Part shown: one piece after another, positions 22,264 through 35,065 of the stretch
How the letters are laid out: every line of letters starts with the position of its first letter
How positions within the stretch are numbered: the first letter of the stretch is position 1
Assembly (NCBI GenBank): GCA_001599295.1
Contig: BCGN01000008.1
Span: forward strand, 496,001-560,000
DNA: 64,000 nt
Source of the DNA: Sporopachydermia quercuum
Taxonomy: Eukaryota
Direction: 5' to 3'
The notes under the pieces: model-generated
Told to the model about the DNA's origin: nothing
The model's database searches: none
The model's input: the letters and a program-made list of their open reading frames with translations, nothing else
Program-made: the position numbers and the translations under genes

Positions 22264-22477
22264 TTAATTTAGAGCCCAAAAAATTGAAAGTAGCATATAA
22301 GGCTGTGTCTTGTTATTCAGCGTGGTGTTTGATAGTTACTTTAAACAGTCCAAAAGTATCTTGTGCTTTCTATACTACAGCATTACTAAGCCACGCTAAA
22401 TTTCTTTGTTTAGATATAGAGTAGCATTTCTATTGTTCTTCAATAGTATTCTAGCATCTCAAATTATACCTATCTAT

Positions 22478-23932
22478 TTATCTCTCCCATTTTTCTTCAT
22501 TTTCAATCATCAGCTTTGGTTTTATCCTGTAGCAGTACTCATCGCTATTCTTTGTTACATATCTAACCCATGGAAGTGAAGGATAACTTAGCTGTGGTTC
22601 ATAGACTTTGAGAAATTGCACTTGTAATCCAGACATTGTAAAATACGGTATTTCGAACTTAAGACTGATTGGTTGGTAATGTAATACCTGTGCAGAGTTC
22701 GGGTTATTTGCCCTCTTACCATCACTTGCTCCTAATCCTTCACCTTCTTCAAAATCGGTGACACTTGTCAATGCAATTTCTGCTTTCATGCTTGCTTGTT
22801 TACCACCACCAGAAAAAGAGCTAATTTTCCAGATGATTGAATTCAATTCCGGCGCATAATAAACCTGTCCTGTTTTTGTTTTGAACTTTGGACTTGTAGT
22901 ATCTAAAGGTACTGGTATCCTTATTTCAATATTGTGAGCTGCTAGTCTTTTCCTGAAAGTTGATGCCAGATCTAACTTATATGAAATGCGAGTGATATGA
23001 ATAGCAGAATTTGCAGCTTTTTGTCCATGATGAATAATTGATGCATCTAGAATAAATAAGGGTTTTGATTTGGGCTTAGCTCTGTATGACATTAGTTGAA
23101 ATGAACCATCAGGAGGTACGAATGAAATGGTCCTATCAGCCGCAAATTTAGGAAGTTCCACGCATTGGTGAAATTTTGTGTCTCGTAAATAAACTGAACG
23201 GAGTCTTGACTTTTTCACGGCCGATAAGGGTGGAGTTGTTGCTGCTGTTGTTGTTGTTGTGTTAATTCTATTCGCGGCTGTTGAGGGAGCTTTCAACTCG
23301 TCGTTCAAGCCTAGTTTTACTTCTGGTGTTCCTGATAAATGGCATATGGCTTCTATACGCCCAATGATATCGTTTCTAAGTATTTTTCCGTCGGTGTCTA
23401 CTAAAAAGTCTATTGTCTCTATTATGTCTAAAAATAATTCGTTCTTTCGATAAAAAATTCCCTTTGGTCTCCAACTGATCGCATTTGTTGATGTTCTAGC
23501 TATACTAAGAGCATTTAACTCTTGGAACTCTTGAGTAATATACTCTTTCAAGACACTTGCTTCAGTAATTTGAGGTTTGCCAAAATCCATCATTTCGTCT
23601 AATAATTCGTAGATTATAGCAAAATTGTCCCTAATTGATTCCTCTTCAACATTTTTCATGTACTCTTGAAGAACCTTTGTTAAGTGCTCTAAGTATGACA
23701 TGATCTGCATAGCATCAGCGTTTGTTCTGGAAACTGCCAAAATATAGATGTTATTATGTTGAACAAATAAATAAGATATGCCATTATGATTTAATATTGG
23801 CGGGCAATTATCCTGGTGTTGTAGTAACAGTCCAGGAAAATCATCCAGACAGCTTATTGGAACATCTCCTCGGTAGTTCCTCCACAGTAAGGGGGTTGCA
23901 TTTCTGTCCAAGAACGCTATTATAGATGTCAT
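22478..23932 (-). CDS. APM2: Clathrin adaptor AP-1-type medium (mu) chain, Apm2-like
   Basis: RNYRGD, EEESIRDNFAIIYELLDEMMDFGKPQ, FHQCV, SFVPPDG.F.LMSYR and LPWVRY. Divergent from canonical Apm1 and located between OPI1 and MCO14, the order of S. cerevisiae OPI1-APM2-MCO14. Confidence 0.75.
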   Translation of the reverse strand: MTSIIAFLDRNATPLLWRNYRGDVPISCLDDFPGLLLQHQDNCPPILNHNGISYLFVQHNNIYILAVSRTNADAMQIMSYLEHLTKVLQEYMKNVEEESIRDNFAIIYELLDEMMDFGKPQITEASVLKEYITQEFQELNALSIARTSTNAISWRPKGIFYRKNELFLDIIETIDFLVDTDGKILRNDIIGRIEAICHLSGTPEVKLGLNDELKAPSTAANRINTTTTTAATTPPLSAVKKSRLRSVYLRDTKFHQCVELPKFAADRTISFVPPDGSFQLMSYRAKPKSKPLFILDASIIHHGQKAANSAIHITRISYKLDLASTFRKRLAAHNIEIRIPVPLDTTSPKFKTKTGQVYYAPELNSIIWKISSFSGGGKQASMKAEIALTSVTDFEEGEGLGASDGKRANNPNSAQVLHYQPISLKFEIPYFTMSGLQVQFLKVYEPQLSYPSLPWVRYVTKNSDEYCYRIKPKLMIENEEKWER

Positions 23933-24728
23933 TGAGTAATTTTATGTAATAGTTCCATTCTCAATTAATGGAGTATCAGCATATTTGGTTTTTCATGGGT
24001 TGAATCTAATTAGACCCATAGTAGATAGATTTGGATTTGCTTGGTTCTAAAATGTAACAGCCTGTGTGTTATTGTAGGAGATGAATATAAAATGGATTTC
24101 CGGTTTGAATATTTCGGAGATAATATTTTTTTGTTAAGGCAACTAAATTGACTGGTGCTTTGAATGAAAGGCTCGTTGCGAATGACTGAGTGGGGTTCAG
24201 ACTCGATGAATAAATAGGGCACTATAATTTATTTATCTTAACAATTTTATTCTTAAATGAATAAAGCATTCTTATCAATTTCTAGCAAATCAATAATGAA
24301 TGTGAAAGAAGCGAAGTAAAAGAGAAGTATGACATATGGCTATTCAGCTTAGCTCGTGAATTATTTAATGATTTTTGAGCATTCAGTTACTATTTCACTA
24401 TCAAGTTGTTAAAAAAAAAATGAGAAGAGATTCCAATAAAGTAAGGATAAAATGATATACCGGTATACTGATTGATGTATCAAAATAATAGAAGTTGAAA
24501 GAAAAAAGTACTTGCTATAAACCACTAAAATGTATACAAAATTTCGTATATCCCAATCTGAAGATGCTTGCATCAACATGCAGGAGATCCTAAACTATAG
24601 TCGCTTGCTATCTCTCACTATGAACCTGAAGACAGAAACGGTTACTACCGTTCGACTAGCTCAGGTTTATATTTATTAGAGGTATTCAATTGCATGTTCT
24701 TGGGGCGATGAAAATAAAACTATAGAAA

Positions 24729-25224
24729 TTATAAATACTTCTTAGCCAATTTATCGCACATCAGAGCCGCTTGATAGTCTAATTTGGATATGTCTTGAAT
24801 ATCATGAGTTGTCCACCGTAATGATACATCGTTGTAAACCTAATAAAAGTTGTTAATAACATTCAATTCAATTGAAATTCATTCTGATTGCTAGAAGCCC
24901 AACATGTCTAATCAGGTGTGGATAGTCTCGGAAGATCATAATTAGTTCACTTACATTCGTTATGTGAGGATGATGCGCCTTCTTATGAGCATACATAGCA
25001 ACTTGACCTAGAAATCCCCAAGCATCAAGAAAAGATGGAAACCGGAAACTTTTCGTTATTTCTCTATTTCCATGCACCCATCCGTTCGATTTCAATTCTG
25101 AAAGCATTTCTTCCCCATTTTGCAGCGATGAGAGACTACTCACAGAAGATGACCAACGAACCCGATATTGAACGTTTAGCCCCTGCAATAGACATCTAAC
25201 TGGCATACGCGCTCTACTACTCAT
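24729..25224 (-). CDS. MCO14: Pterin-4-alpha-carbinolamine dehydratase, mitochondrial (2 exons, 126 aa)
   Basis: Exons 25224-24955 and 24839-24729; intron 24954-24840 (GTAAGT..TATTAAC..TAG). Splicing gives AHHPHITN-VYNDVSLRWTTHD..ISKLD, the PCD signature. Confidence 0.9.
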
Positions 25225-28172
25225 TTTTAGCTAGTCTTATTACTATTTAGCCTTATCTGAAAAAAAATCAAACGGGATTGAAATGTTTACTTTTCAATAT
25301 CTACTTAATCCGTTGTATTTCCCCATGTATAATCAACAGTTGAAAGTTTCCTTGCTATCTTCAATTGAAGTAGTGTTGAACGATTTTACTTTGAAGATTA
25401 TATAATCATAAATATTTAAGGTTTGAACTTTATCTTTTTTATTTTCCTTCTCACTTTTTTAGCTAAAGTTTATACCTTATTTTTAATAAAGTTCAAAGAA
25501 CGTTATCAAAGGCATATGTTGTTACGCTACGCTAAGAATGACAGGGATCTTTTCTAGTACTTTCAAGGAAACGTTCAGATTTTACATTTTTTATCAATTA
25601 TTGAGTTTGTATGATCTTGAGTTGTCTATGATCCATTGACATTTATGTTTATGTTTGGTTTTGAATAAAAAACGAGAGTAGATTTAGAAATAGAAAGAAA
25701 AGGAAAGAAGGTTGATGAAATAGGGGTTGAGGTTGGTCTAATCGAGAAAAGTACGGCAGTGAAGGAAGGATTCTTGAAAGTTGAATAATGACCCAGNTAA
25801 AGGGGTATAACTAAGAATTGATGACTTATTGGAGGCACTTTGCTTGTTATTTTTATGTTGAAAATAATAAAAGCTTTGTTGTTTGGTGAAATGAGAAGTG
25901 ATAATGAAGTAAAGTGAGACATATTCCTCCTTTAACGGGAATATTATTCTTGTCAGAAATAGAAGCTCTCGCATAGTAGCCTAACGCGAAAATATCCAAA
26001 TTACTGTGTTGTTTATAGCTTCTTACTCATTCGGATTATGGTTGAACTGTTGCAAGAATTAATTTCTTTNGATCTAGAAATAGAGATATTTAGACCTGCA
26101 GAACGATACACGCAAGTTCAATATGTTTGAAAGCATTATCACCTTTTAGAAGCGTTATATTCTCTTCTTCACTTTTTCCATGTTTATATGAACATGTATA
26201 TATGAGGGTTCATTTTATTCTTTCTTGTGACGGCACATCCCTCTATACTCCCCAATTTCGGAACCTAATAATCAAAACCTCAATCTCAATTCTAACTTGA
26301 CAAGGATAAACTACATTACATATTTGTTGCCTATAACCTTTCCAGTCTTTACGCTTTTCATTCCATTTCATTGAATGATCCCTTGAATATTCATGATTTC
26401 CCTTTGCTTATATATTTTCCTTACATCAAGCCTCAAATGGCCATACATGCATACCATGTTCAAATACTATATAACCGTCCTAATATCTTCAAGCTGTAGT
26501 CTTTTTATCTTTTCTTAGCTTTTCTAAGCCATAATCTTAAATACAGTTTGAACTAAAGGGCAAACTTTGTTTCTGTTCGAAGACTTGAATTGCTTATTCA
26601 TTTGCTTACCCAGAAAATAGGAGTTGTATCTCTATGTAGCAAGGAATGATTCAATAGTCAAGAACCACACTTTGTTTAATCATTTACTGGGTTTGCTTAG
26701 TTTGATCCATCGTTTAAGAACATTGTACATGATTGTCGAAGAATTTGTTATACTCTTAGATACATAGTGATCTTTGGATTTTAGACGGACCGTACTGATG
26801 GTTGTGCAACTTATAATCGATTTTGCTTTTACAATTGCAAAGAATTGTAAGTATGTATTTGGAATATCTAAGCAGGAAAAGGTAGTAGCAGTATTATTGT
26901 TGTTCTTAAGTGTGCTGATGATCTACAAGATATCTTATGATCTATATCTATATTATGATATGATGCATATGATAAATATGATGAGTTCAATCCCCCTTAG
27001 TTATTCATCTCGCAACTTTTTATTTTTTTGAATTCGTGAACGATCATTATTATATTGCGAGTCTAACTCCTGCAGTTGCTTTCAATACTATATCTGGTTA
27101 ATCTTGTTCATTTGCAGATATCACATTTCTATGGTTACTTGAATCAATTGACAAAAATAATATATTCGTATTATTGCTACTAATGGGCTAATGTATTACA
27201 ATATCTAATGTTCAATACTTGTTTATACTAACTGGATAAATCATAGAAGTTCAGTGATTGATATAGTCAGAAAAGTAAAACAGATTTTCGTTCTCTCATT
27301 GAAAAGTAAGATTACTAAGTTTCCCACTTTACAAAAAATAGACGACCAGCAGTTAGAGAAATTGACTACTAGTTGCACTACATTCACTTTCCAGCACTGT
27401 CCAAAGCTTGAAAACTGAACTTGTATTCAATTATTTCTTGTAGTGTAACAATATTATGATAGAAGAAATAAAAAGTAAAGCATAAGAAAGTGAACCAGAA
27501 AGTAAGAGAAGAGGAAAGAAGAGAGAAGAAGAAAAGAAGTTTACTTAACGCTAAAAGATTGGTTTTTAGTCATCTAATTCTTGAGCTGAAACTGGTATTC
27601 TACAAATATTATTATAAAAAATAGTAACTAGAACATCTCTTCCAAATTCAAGACTACTCAACTTATTTAGGGACAGTAAAGAAGTTCATACAGTTCTCGC
27701 TGTTCTCTCCAACTTTCTCTTTCTACTTTCAGGTTGAGTTTAGTTCTTAGACTTCTCAGTTCTTGGAACTGATTATCTTTTCATATGAAATCTTTAATCA
27801 CTTTCAAAACAGGTGGTACTCATTTAGAAGATTATGATTTGAATTTCAGTATTGATAATTATAAAAGCATTTGAGGAAACAATTACGGAATTGAAAAACA
27901 TTTATACTGGTGATCATTGAATTCAGAGTATATACACCAATAGTATCAACAAAAAAAAATAGGTTTTTTGCTTCCTTTTGTATAAGGATTGAATAATCAA
28001 TAAGCACGCACTGAAATTTTAAGCTATAAATTCACAGCAACAGCAAATAGTCTCAACACAATACTACAATCAATGATTAGACATTGTCACTACTTAAATT
28101 TTGTTGTATAATTGTGACAATTAATTAGTTTGGCTCTTGAAATCCAATTGTTAGTGCTACAAGTTGTATGTG

Positions 28173-29581
28173 ATGGGCGAGGAGAAGGAGGACAATCTAC
28201 CAAGGAAACCCTTGGAACAATGGTCGGGACAAGGTAAGTCTACTATTAAATGAATTATATTGAAAGCAAAATAATAGGAATGAAAGCAGAAGATAATAAA
28301 ATGTTGATAATAGTTGATATTTTCTGTTTGACTACTTTTTTATTTTGTTGGAAGGGAAAAATTTAGAAATACAGGTTGAAAAACAACTAAATGGTGTTTC
28401 TATGATTCTTTCCTTACCCATTTCCAGTTCAAGGGTATATACTAACAAAAATATTATTTGGAATAATTATAGTATCCAATCGAAGGTTTAACAACATACG
28501 AGCAAACAAATATTCTTCTTCTACCTATCCAGTTGCATTTTTACCATCAGTTACAAATCCAGGAGTACCAACTAGTTATCCTGGTCCCTTCAATAATGTA
28601 TTCAATAGTCATTCATTCCATGAAAACCTCAATTATAACGTGATATATGTTAAGAACATTCCACCATCAGTATCGAAAGATGAGGTATTAGGATATTTTC
28701 GGCAGCATGGATCAATAGTATCAATATTTATGCCTTTTGAAGAAATTTCACAGTGTGATGAAACAAGTAATGATGGAAATGACAATGAAATACCATTGGC
28801 TTCACCATCTACAGAATCAAAAATTAAACGCAATGGAAAAATGAATGACTCAGAGATAGAAAAAAATCATATTGAAGAAACAAAAGGAGAATCAACTGAA
28901 GTAATAAGTGTTTCTAAAGGATATGCATTTATTACATTTAAAAATCATAAAGAGGCCGAAAATGCAATAAATCAATTGAATGGTAAAGAACTAGAAAACG
29001 GGACAGCAATATACGTTGGATGGGCAAGAAATAGATACCTTCCAAGGTTTCATGTTGATCAATATGGATTCCCTGTTGAACCAGAGGTAATTAAATATCA
29101 GGAAAGTAATCTATATATAAGGAATTTGGCGCCAGAGGTTGATGACGAAAAGCTTTATAATGCTTTTAAGAAATATGGGAAGATTATATCTGCAAAGGTT
29201 ATGACTGATTCTGCTACCGGAGCATCACGAGAGTTTGGATTTGTTTGCTTTGAGACGCATGAAGAAACAGAAAACGCTTTATTTAAGACTAACGATACTG
29301 CATTCTACGGAAAGAGGATACAGGTTTCATTTGCGCATAGAAGAAACAGAAAACAACAAAATACAACAAATATTTCCGGCTTTCCTAATGCAGCGACTAA
29401 AACTTCTGACTCAGCACCTTACGTTTACATTGATCCACAGCGAGTTCCAACTTCTCCATTAATTTCAACACCATTCAATCAACAATTATATCCTCCAGTA
29501 CCAATGGTTTCTTATTATTATCCTTACATGNCACCTTATTATGCACCAGCTGAAGAAAAGTCTGAAGAAAAGTCNGAATAA
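28173..29581 (+). CDS. Two-RRM RNA-binding protein resembling PABP RRM3-RRM4 (2 exons, 389 aa)
   Basis: Exons 28173-28233 and 28473-29581; intron 28234-28472 (GTAAGT..TACTAAC..TAG), in frame. RNP2/RNP1 pairs IYVKNI/KGYAFITF and LYIRNL/REFGFVCF; Pro/Tyr-rich tail. Confidence 0.85.
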
Positions 29582-30835
29582 TGAGACATTGTTGGTTATA
29601 ACTATTTGACCAATTGAGATCGACGAACTACATGTGAAACTAAAGTTTGTTTGTTATGGAAGTTTGATGTATAGTTCATGCGGTTTCTCCATATTCTTCT
29701 AGAAAAGGTAGCAAGAGATTTCAACATGAATATTTCACTTTCCTTTTTCGGTACTTNTCATACAAATTATCGCGAAGTATGAAACTAAAGTTTGAGAGCT
29801 TCCAAGCTCATCATCAAAAAATAGCACAAAAGTTGACTACTTAAGTACAATTAATATAAAAACAAGATTATAAACTTTTGTGTTCTTCTGTAGGTATATA
29901 AACTGTCGATATTTTTTTCATTCAAGATTGGTCTTGATATTGGATGGGCAATAGATGTATTGCAAAATCAATATCTCTTCTTTAAAGTTTATTTTAAAGT
30001 TTGTTGAGAGAGACAAACTCAATCTTGAATCAATGTCCACAAAACATGAAACAAATACTTCAAGGATTGTTCAATTCATTTATTTTNTTATAATAGACAN
30101 ATCAAAGAACATATATGAACGTATCTGAGAATGCGCAGTTATACCATTAGTGTATTCTATGTTATTTGGATTCTTGAGTGAAATATTATTTAAAGAGAAA
30201 GCATGATATATTGAACTTGCGACAGGTTTACGTAAAGCATATGAAGTCAAATTTTTGATACAGATAAAGAAAATTTTCAGAACTTTCATAGTTCCAAGTT
30301 ACCGATTTTTGAATAAATCGAGTCCATCAAAGCATNTAAAATGTAATCTGATTCTGAAATTTTTAGTTTTAATCCAATGAACAATATCGCCTAGATGAAT
30401 TACTGGTTCTACGAAATCATTCAAAAAAAAAAAATAGAAAAAAAAATTTGGACTCAAATCCCCGAATCCTCCATTGAAAATACATGAGAAAAAACTGTTG
30501 GAGTCTTCCTTGACAGTCTGAGACGTAGGTTTCTCCTTGTTTGCGTACATAAGAACTAATCGAACAGTAATGCAGCCTCCTTTCTATTAGTTTGCTTCAA
30601 ACACTGTTTATTTACTGACCGTATTCATCAATTCCATGACAGCTTTCACTCCCGTGAGGTTATATCTCTTTACGATTCATATTTAACTGAGAATTAAAGG
30701 ACAATAAGGATATGCTTAGTGGAAAAGTTCCGATTTTTGTTCATATGAATAGAGTCCGGTTTGCTAACCTCTACCAAACCGGCCAACAAGAAGTACTATT
30801 TAAACAAACAATCCTGCTTGTCTTATAATTTGCTT

Positions 30836-30853
30836 TATATATATATATATATA
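30836..30853. repeat. (TA)9 microsatellite downstream of NFU1
   Basis: TATATATATATATATATA about 130 bp past the NFU1 stop; may act as a 3'-end efficiency element. Confidence 0.8.
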
Positions 30854-30981
30854 ATGCGACATTAGATGATAACAGTTGGGTTTGAGCACTATCAGGAAAA
30901 CTATAGAGACCTAAAAATTCAACCAAAGGATGAATATTGCCCATTGATTGATGATCGCAGCTGAAAAATCTACCATTTACC

Positions 30982-31833
30982 CTATAAAGCAGGTGGAGCC
31001 TCAGCAGGCGGAGTATCACCATGTTTTGCATGCAGCTTATTTTCTAATTTCTCAAATTCTTTCAAGGAAATTTCTTCTTCTGGATCTAAGACCTGCTCAA
31101 CCTTTTCAACTTCTTCAATATAATGCATAAGCATGCTTTCAATACCATTCTTCAGCGTAATTTCTGAAGAACTACAACTTCTGCAGGCACCTTGTAGTTT
31201 CAAAAAGACAGTTCCAGTTTCCTCATCAAACCCTCTGTATAAAATATCACCCCCATCCTCCTGAATAGCTGGCCGAATTCTGGTATCAATCAATTCTTTG
31301 ATCATGGAAACAATTTCTGAATCATCGTCTTGAGCAGCTGTATCTTCAGAAGGTTTTATATCGGAATCGACAATCACTTTTGCACCACTTGTAAAGTATT
31401 CATTCAAAATGGAAAAGATGTCTGGCTTAACTACTGCCCAATTATAATCTGGGTCTTTAGAAATAGTTACGAAATCATTACCAAACATCACTGCCTTCAC
31501 ACCATCCACTGCAAATAGTCGTCTTGCAAGCGGAGAAACATATGCATCTCTTCCTGATGTGAATTCCACAGTACCATATTCTGCTGGTAAAACTTCAACA
31601 GAAGGTATGAACTTGATGGCATCGTCATTGGGTGTAGGAACGGTTTGTATGAACATAGTTCTAACAGACGAAGAACTCAACAAATTCATTCTTTTATTGG
31701 AACGGATAATTGGCCTTGATAAAGCCGCTATTCTATATGATCTGGAAACATTTGTGCTGAATTGTCTTTGAATTGTTGATGAAGTGTACCGGCTCATGAA
31801 GGCACAGCACTGNCTTGAAATAGCCCCTGACAT
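30982..31833 (-). CDS. NFU1: Mitochondrial Fe-S carrier, NifU-like
   Basis: Presequence, MFIQTVPTPN, TRIRPAIQEDGGDI and LQGACRSCSSS (CxxC). Confidence 0.95.
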   Translation of the reverse strand: MSGAISXQCCAFMSRYTSSTIQRQFSTNVSRSYRIAALSRPIIRSNKRMNLLSSSSVRTMFIQTVPTPNDDAIKFIPSVEVLPAEYGTVEFTSGRDAYVSPLARRLFAVDGVKAVMFGNDFVTISKDPDYNWAVVKPDIFSILNEYFTSGAKVIVDSDIKPSEDTAAQDDDSEIVSMIKELIDTRIRPAIQEDGGDILYRGFDEETGTVFLKLQGACRSCSSSEITLKNGIESMLMHYIEEVEKVEQVLDPEEEISLKEFEKLENKLHAKHGDTPPAEAPPAL

Positions 31834-32453
31834 TGTCGTTAATTATATATAAGTAATGAGTTCGGTTATATTTTGCAATCAATATAAGATAATTTCGTTA
31901 CCAAAATAATAATATCAACTTGCTTCAAATTATTCTTTTGATTCCTTCACATACTTTGTTTTTGATTTGTGTATAAGTTAGTAGGAAAAGATCTCATTAG
32001 GCTGACTAATGTTTGGTTATCTTTTATTGGCTTTGCCTCATCTGCCTGTACCTGAATTATATTGACTAGAGTCTTCTGAGTTACCCCCTAAGTTAGGATC
32101 ATCCTTCTTAGAAAATCTCTTAAGCCGATTTACGGTTATGTCATTAAGAGCATCACGTGCGGTTACAAGAGTGTCAAGTTCATATAATTTAAGGTATTAT
32201 TGCAACAACCTTATTCCAAACTAGGTTATTCAAACCCCGATGAATAAATGATTACGTAACTGTTTATTGCTTTATCCAGCCCTGTATACGTTTCATGAAT
32301 CCATGTAATAGAACATTAGAAGACTGACAGAAAGAAAAATATCTTTACTGGACCTATTGCTGTTCGATTTATTTCATTATGAAGAAAATGAGCTTCTAGG
32401 TGAGTAAGTTAAAATACATTAAAGGTTAGTAAATCTTTGTGCCAGGGTTTGGG

Positions 32454-33869
32454 ATGGGATGCAATTGCCTTGGACTGTTCGTCCATAACCATCCATTTTT
32501 AGGCATCAGTGTGATTTTCATAATATGGAAGATCTTCCTCGCATCAATTGTTTATTTTGTTCCCGTTGAATATGACAAATCAACTACTACAGTTTTGTTA
32601 CCTGATATAACTGATTTCGTTTTGCAACAAAGGTCCATATCAAATAATGAACTGACGAAAAGCATTGCATCGATTGTCATTCATTTGACACGCAAATTGG
32701 TCATTTGGGATTCTGTATACTTCACATCCATTGCCCAACGTGGTGTTTATTATGAACATGAATTGGCATTTGGTAAAGGCTGGATAGAATTAATAAAGAT
32801 ATTTTCAAATACTTTGTTGAAGTATATTCAAGAGTTACCAGGGGCTAAAGAAATATTTGATCAATCAAATGATTGCTTAGAGTTGTACCTTTACGGAATT
32901 GTTTCAATTGCACTTTCAAATCTTTCACATTATTTGGCAACTTTTGTACTGTATTTTTTGACGAAGATTGTTTTCAGTCAGAAGACCAATGATCTTTATA
33001 CTTCAAATTTGACGGTAGCGGTCATTTACATTATATCACCCGCAGCAACGTTCCTGCTGGCTGGCTACGGAGAAAGTACTTTTGCTTTATTATCATTTAC
33101 TGCTCTCTTATTACGCGAACTAGCACTGTCAGGACTAACTACTGATAACTCATTGTTCAAAACCATCATTTCTCTACAATTATATATTGTGTCTGCATTC
33201 ATCTTCACACTCACCTTATATATTCGATCTAATGGCATATTGTGGGGAATCGTATATTTGGGAGATGTTCTATTTAGTGTACATGCTGGATCATTACGAC
33301 TATTCTTCTCGTCAATATACTGTGGACTTATGATGCTAGTTGGTACTTTTTATGGTCAGCTTGAAGCATATTTGAAGTTTTGTCCGGAGCGAGAAATTTG
33401 GTGCGCTACATCCGTACCCAGTGTTTATCTGTTCCTTCAGACTCATTACTGGGATAATGGATTATTTGTATACTGGACGGTCAACAACATACCAAATTTC
33501 ATTTTCGCTTTCCCAACCCTGTTACTTCTTATCTCATCATGCTATTACTACACCTTCAAATCAAAATTTTCTTACATCCAGATGCCTTATCTCGTTGTCC
33601 AATTGGTTTATTTTGTTTGCTGTTTGACTTCATGGAATGTCCAAATTATCACAAGAGTTGCATCATGTTTACCCGGAATCATTTGGTTCATTGCTGATAT
33701 TGTCACTAACGAATCAATTAATGAGTTAAAGCAGATGAAGAAAGCTCAGTCATTGCAACCCAAACGATCACAACTACATTTAAGACCGGGGAGCATAATT
33801 ATTGGGTATCTGTTTATCTGGTCAATAGTGCAAGGAACATTATATGGAGGATTTCTTCCTCCTGCATAG
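32454..33869 (+). CDS. GPI18: GPI mannosyltransferase II (PIG-V)
   Basis: WDSVYF..IAQRG..YEHE.AF, Y.ESTFALLSF, RSNG, Q..YWDNG...YW..NNIPNF and C-terminal FLPPA. First ATG is at 32454. Confidence 0.92.
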   Translation: MGCNCLGLFVHNHPFLGISVIFIIWKIFLASIVYFVPVEYDKSTTTVLLPDITDFVLQQRSISNNELTKSIASIVIHLTRKLVIWDSVYFTSIAQRGVYYEHELAFGKGWIELIKIFSNTLLKYIQELPGAKEIFDQSNDCLELYLYGIVSIALSNLSHYLATFVLYFLTKIVFSQKTNDLYTSNLTVAVIYIISPAATFLLAGYGESTFALLSFTALLLRELALSGLTTDNSLFKTIISLQLYIVSAFIFTLTLYIRSNGILWGIVYLGDVLFSVHAGSLRLFFSSIYCGLMMLVGTFYGQLEAYLKFCPEREIWCATSVPSVYLFLQTHYWDNGLFVYWTVNNIPNFIFAFPTLLLLISSCYYYTFKSKFSYIQMPYLVVQLVYFVCCLTSWNVQIITRVASCLPGIIWFIADIVTNESINELKQMKKAQSLQPKRSQLHLRPGSIIIGYLFIWSIVQGTLYGGFLPPA

Positions 33870-35065
33870 AATAGCATAAAAAGCAAATAAAAAGTTTCCA
33901 CCTACGTTTGAAAATTACACTATGTCTTCTCTGACTTTCATTCAGTNGTATCAGGTTTTATTAGGNCTGTAGATCTTTTTATTAAGTAATTTTTCAACTG
34001 CAAAACGAGCCAGATCATTAAAGTAAGTTNAGTTACAATGAGATTTCTGAACACTTTGACGAGATAACGAAAGTTATTGATAACCTGAATGCACTGAAAA
34101 ACCAGTTGCAGAACAACAATCTGTATAACAGNAGGAATTTAATATTTTAACTCGATGTCTGTCAATATGAGAAGATAATTGAATATAAAGTAGCGAATAT
34201 CATCAGTGTTGGATGTTTAAGAGTAGAGTAACTAAGCGAGTCCATTGTCAATTAATATACAGAGTTAGGCTTCGGGATAAAGTTTGGCTTCACTACTTGA
34301 AAATAAACTCTATTTTTAACTTAATTCTTTAAACTTCGCCTTTCAACTTATTTCCTACCAATTGAAAGTCTAAACTGCTTCCAAAGAAGAACCTTAAATT
34401 AAACGTACTCTCAAACTGATATTCATTTCCCTGCTACATCTAACATACATCATATATCACTTTGCTTTTTATGAATCATTAACAGATCGGTGACAACATT
34501 AATATCACAAGATTTGTTTCAGTTATCTTCTACTACGTAGTTCTTAGAACATACAACAAATATCATCGTTCTCTTAACCTTTTGCATTTCGTTTTATCAT
34601 ATGATTTCTGAATCAATATGCAGGGTGTCAGTTAGAAAGAACGAAGTCTGTGTCTGAACTTTATATATTTGTAAATAAAGTTTAGCTAGCTTCGACAGTT
34701 TCACTTTGAAGCGACAATTAGTTAATTCATCATCTATTACTTCATCTCACAATATATAGCAGAATGTAGGGTCTAATTCTCTGTACTTTGATTTACTACA
34801 TAATCTCTAAACTGATATCACCGAACATTTGCAACTTTTCTTTTTTCTTTATCTATCCGTGTATAAGTGGAACATTGTATAATTTTATATGAAGATAACT
34901 AGCACTAATCAACTTGAATGGGCACACTACTGCTTCTGTTGTTGAGAGCACACTGAATTCTTTATTGATACTAGTTATCGTTAGATCTGACCACAAATAA
35001 TTCTCAGAAGGCCTCGAGAGCAAAGGTTGAAATTTCTTTATAATCAACTTGCTTGAAACATCAAA

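Noticed and set aside
30080..30550. Two short minus-strand ORFs
   Set aside because: Driven by poly(A)/poly(T) tracts; no motifs.
32379..32445. uORF plus GTGAGT/GTAAGT suggesting an upstream GPI18 exon
   Set aside because: The uORF stops before the donor, and no branch site precedes the CAG at 32443-32445.
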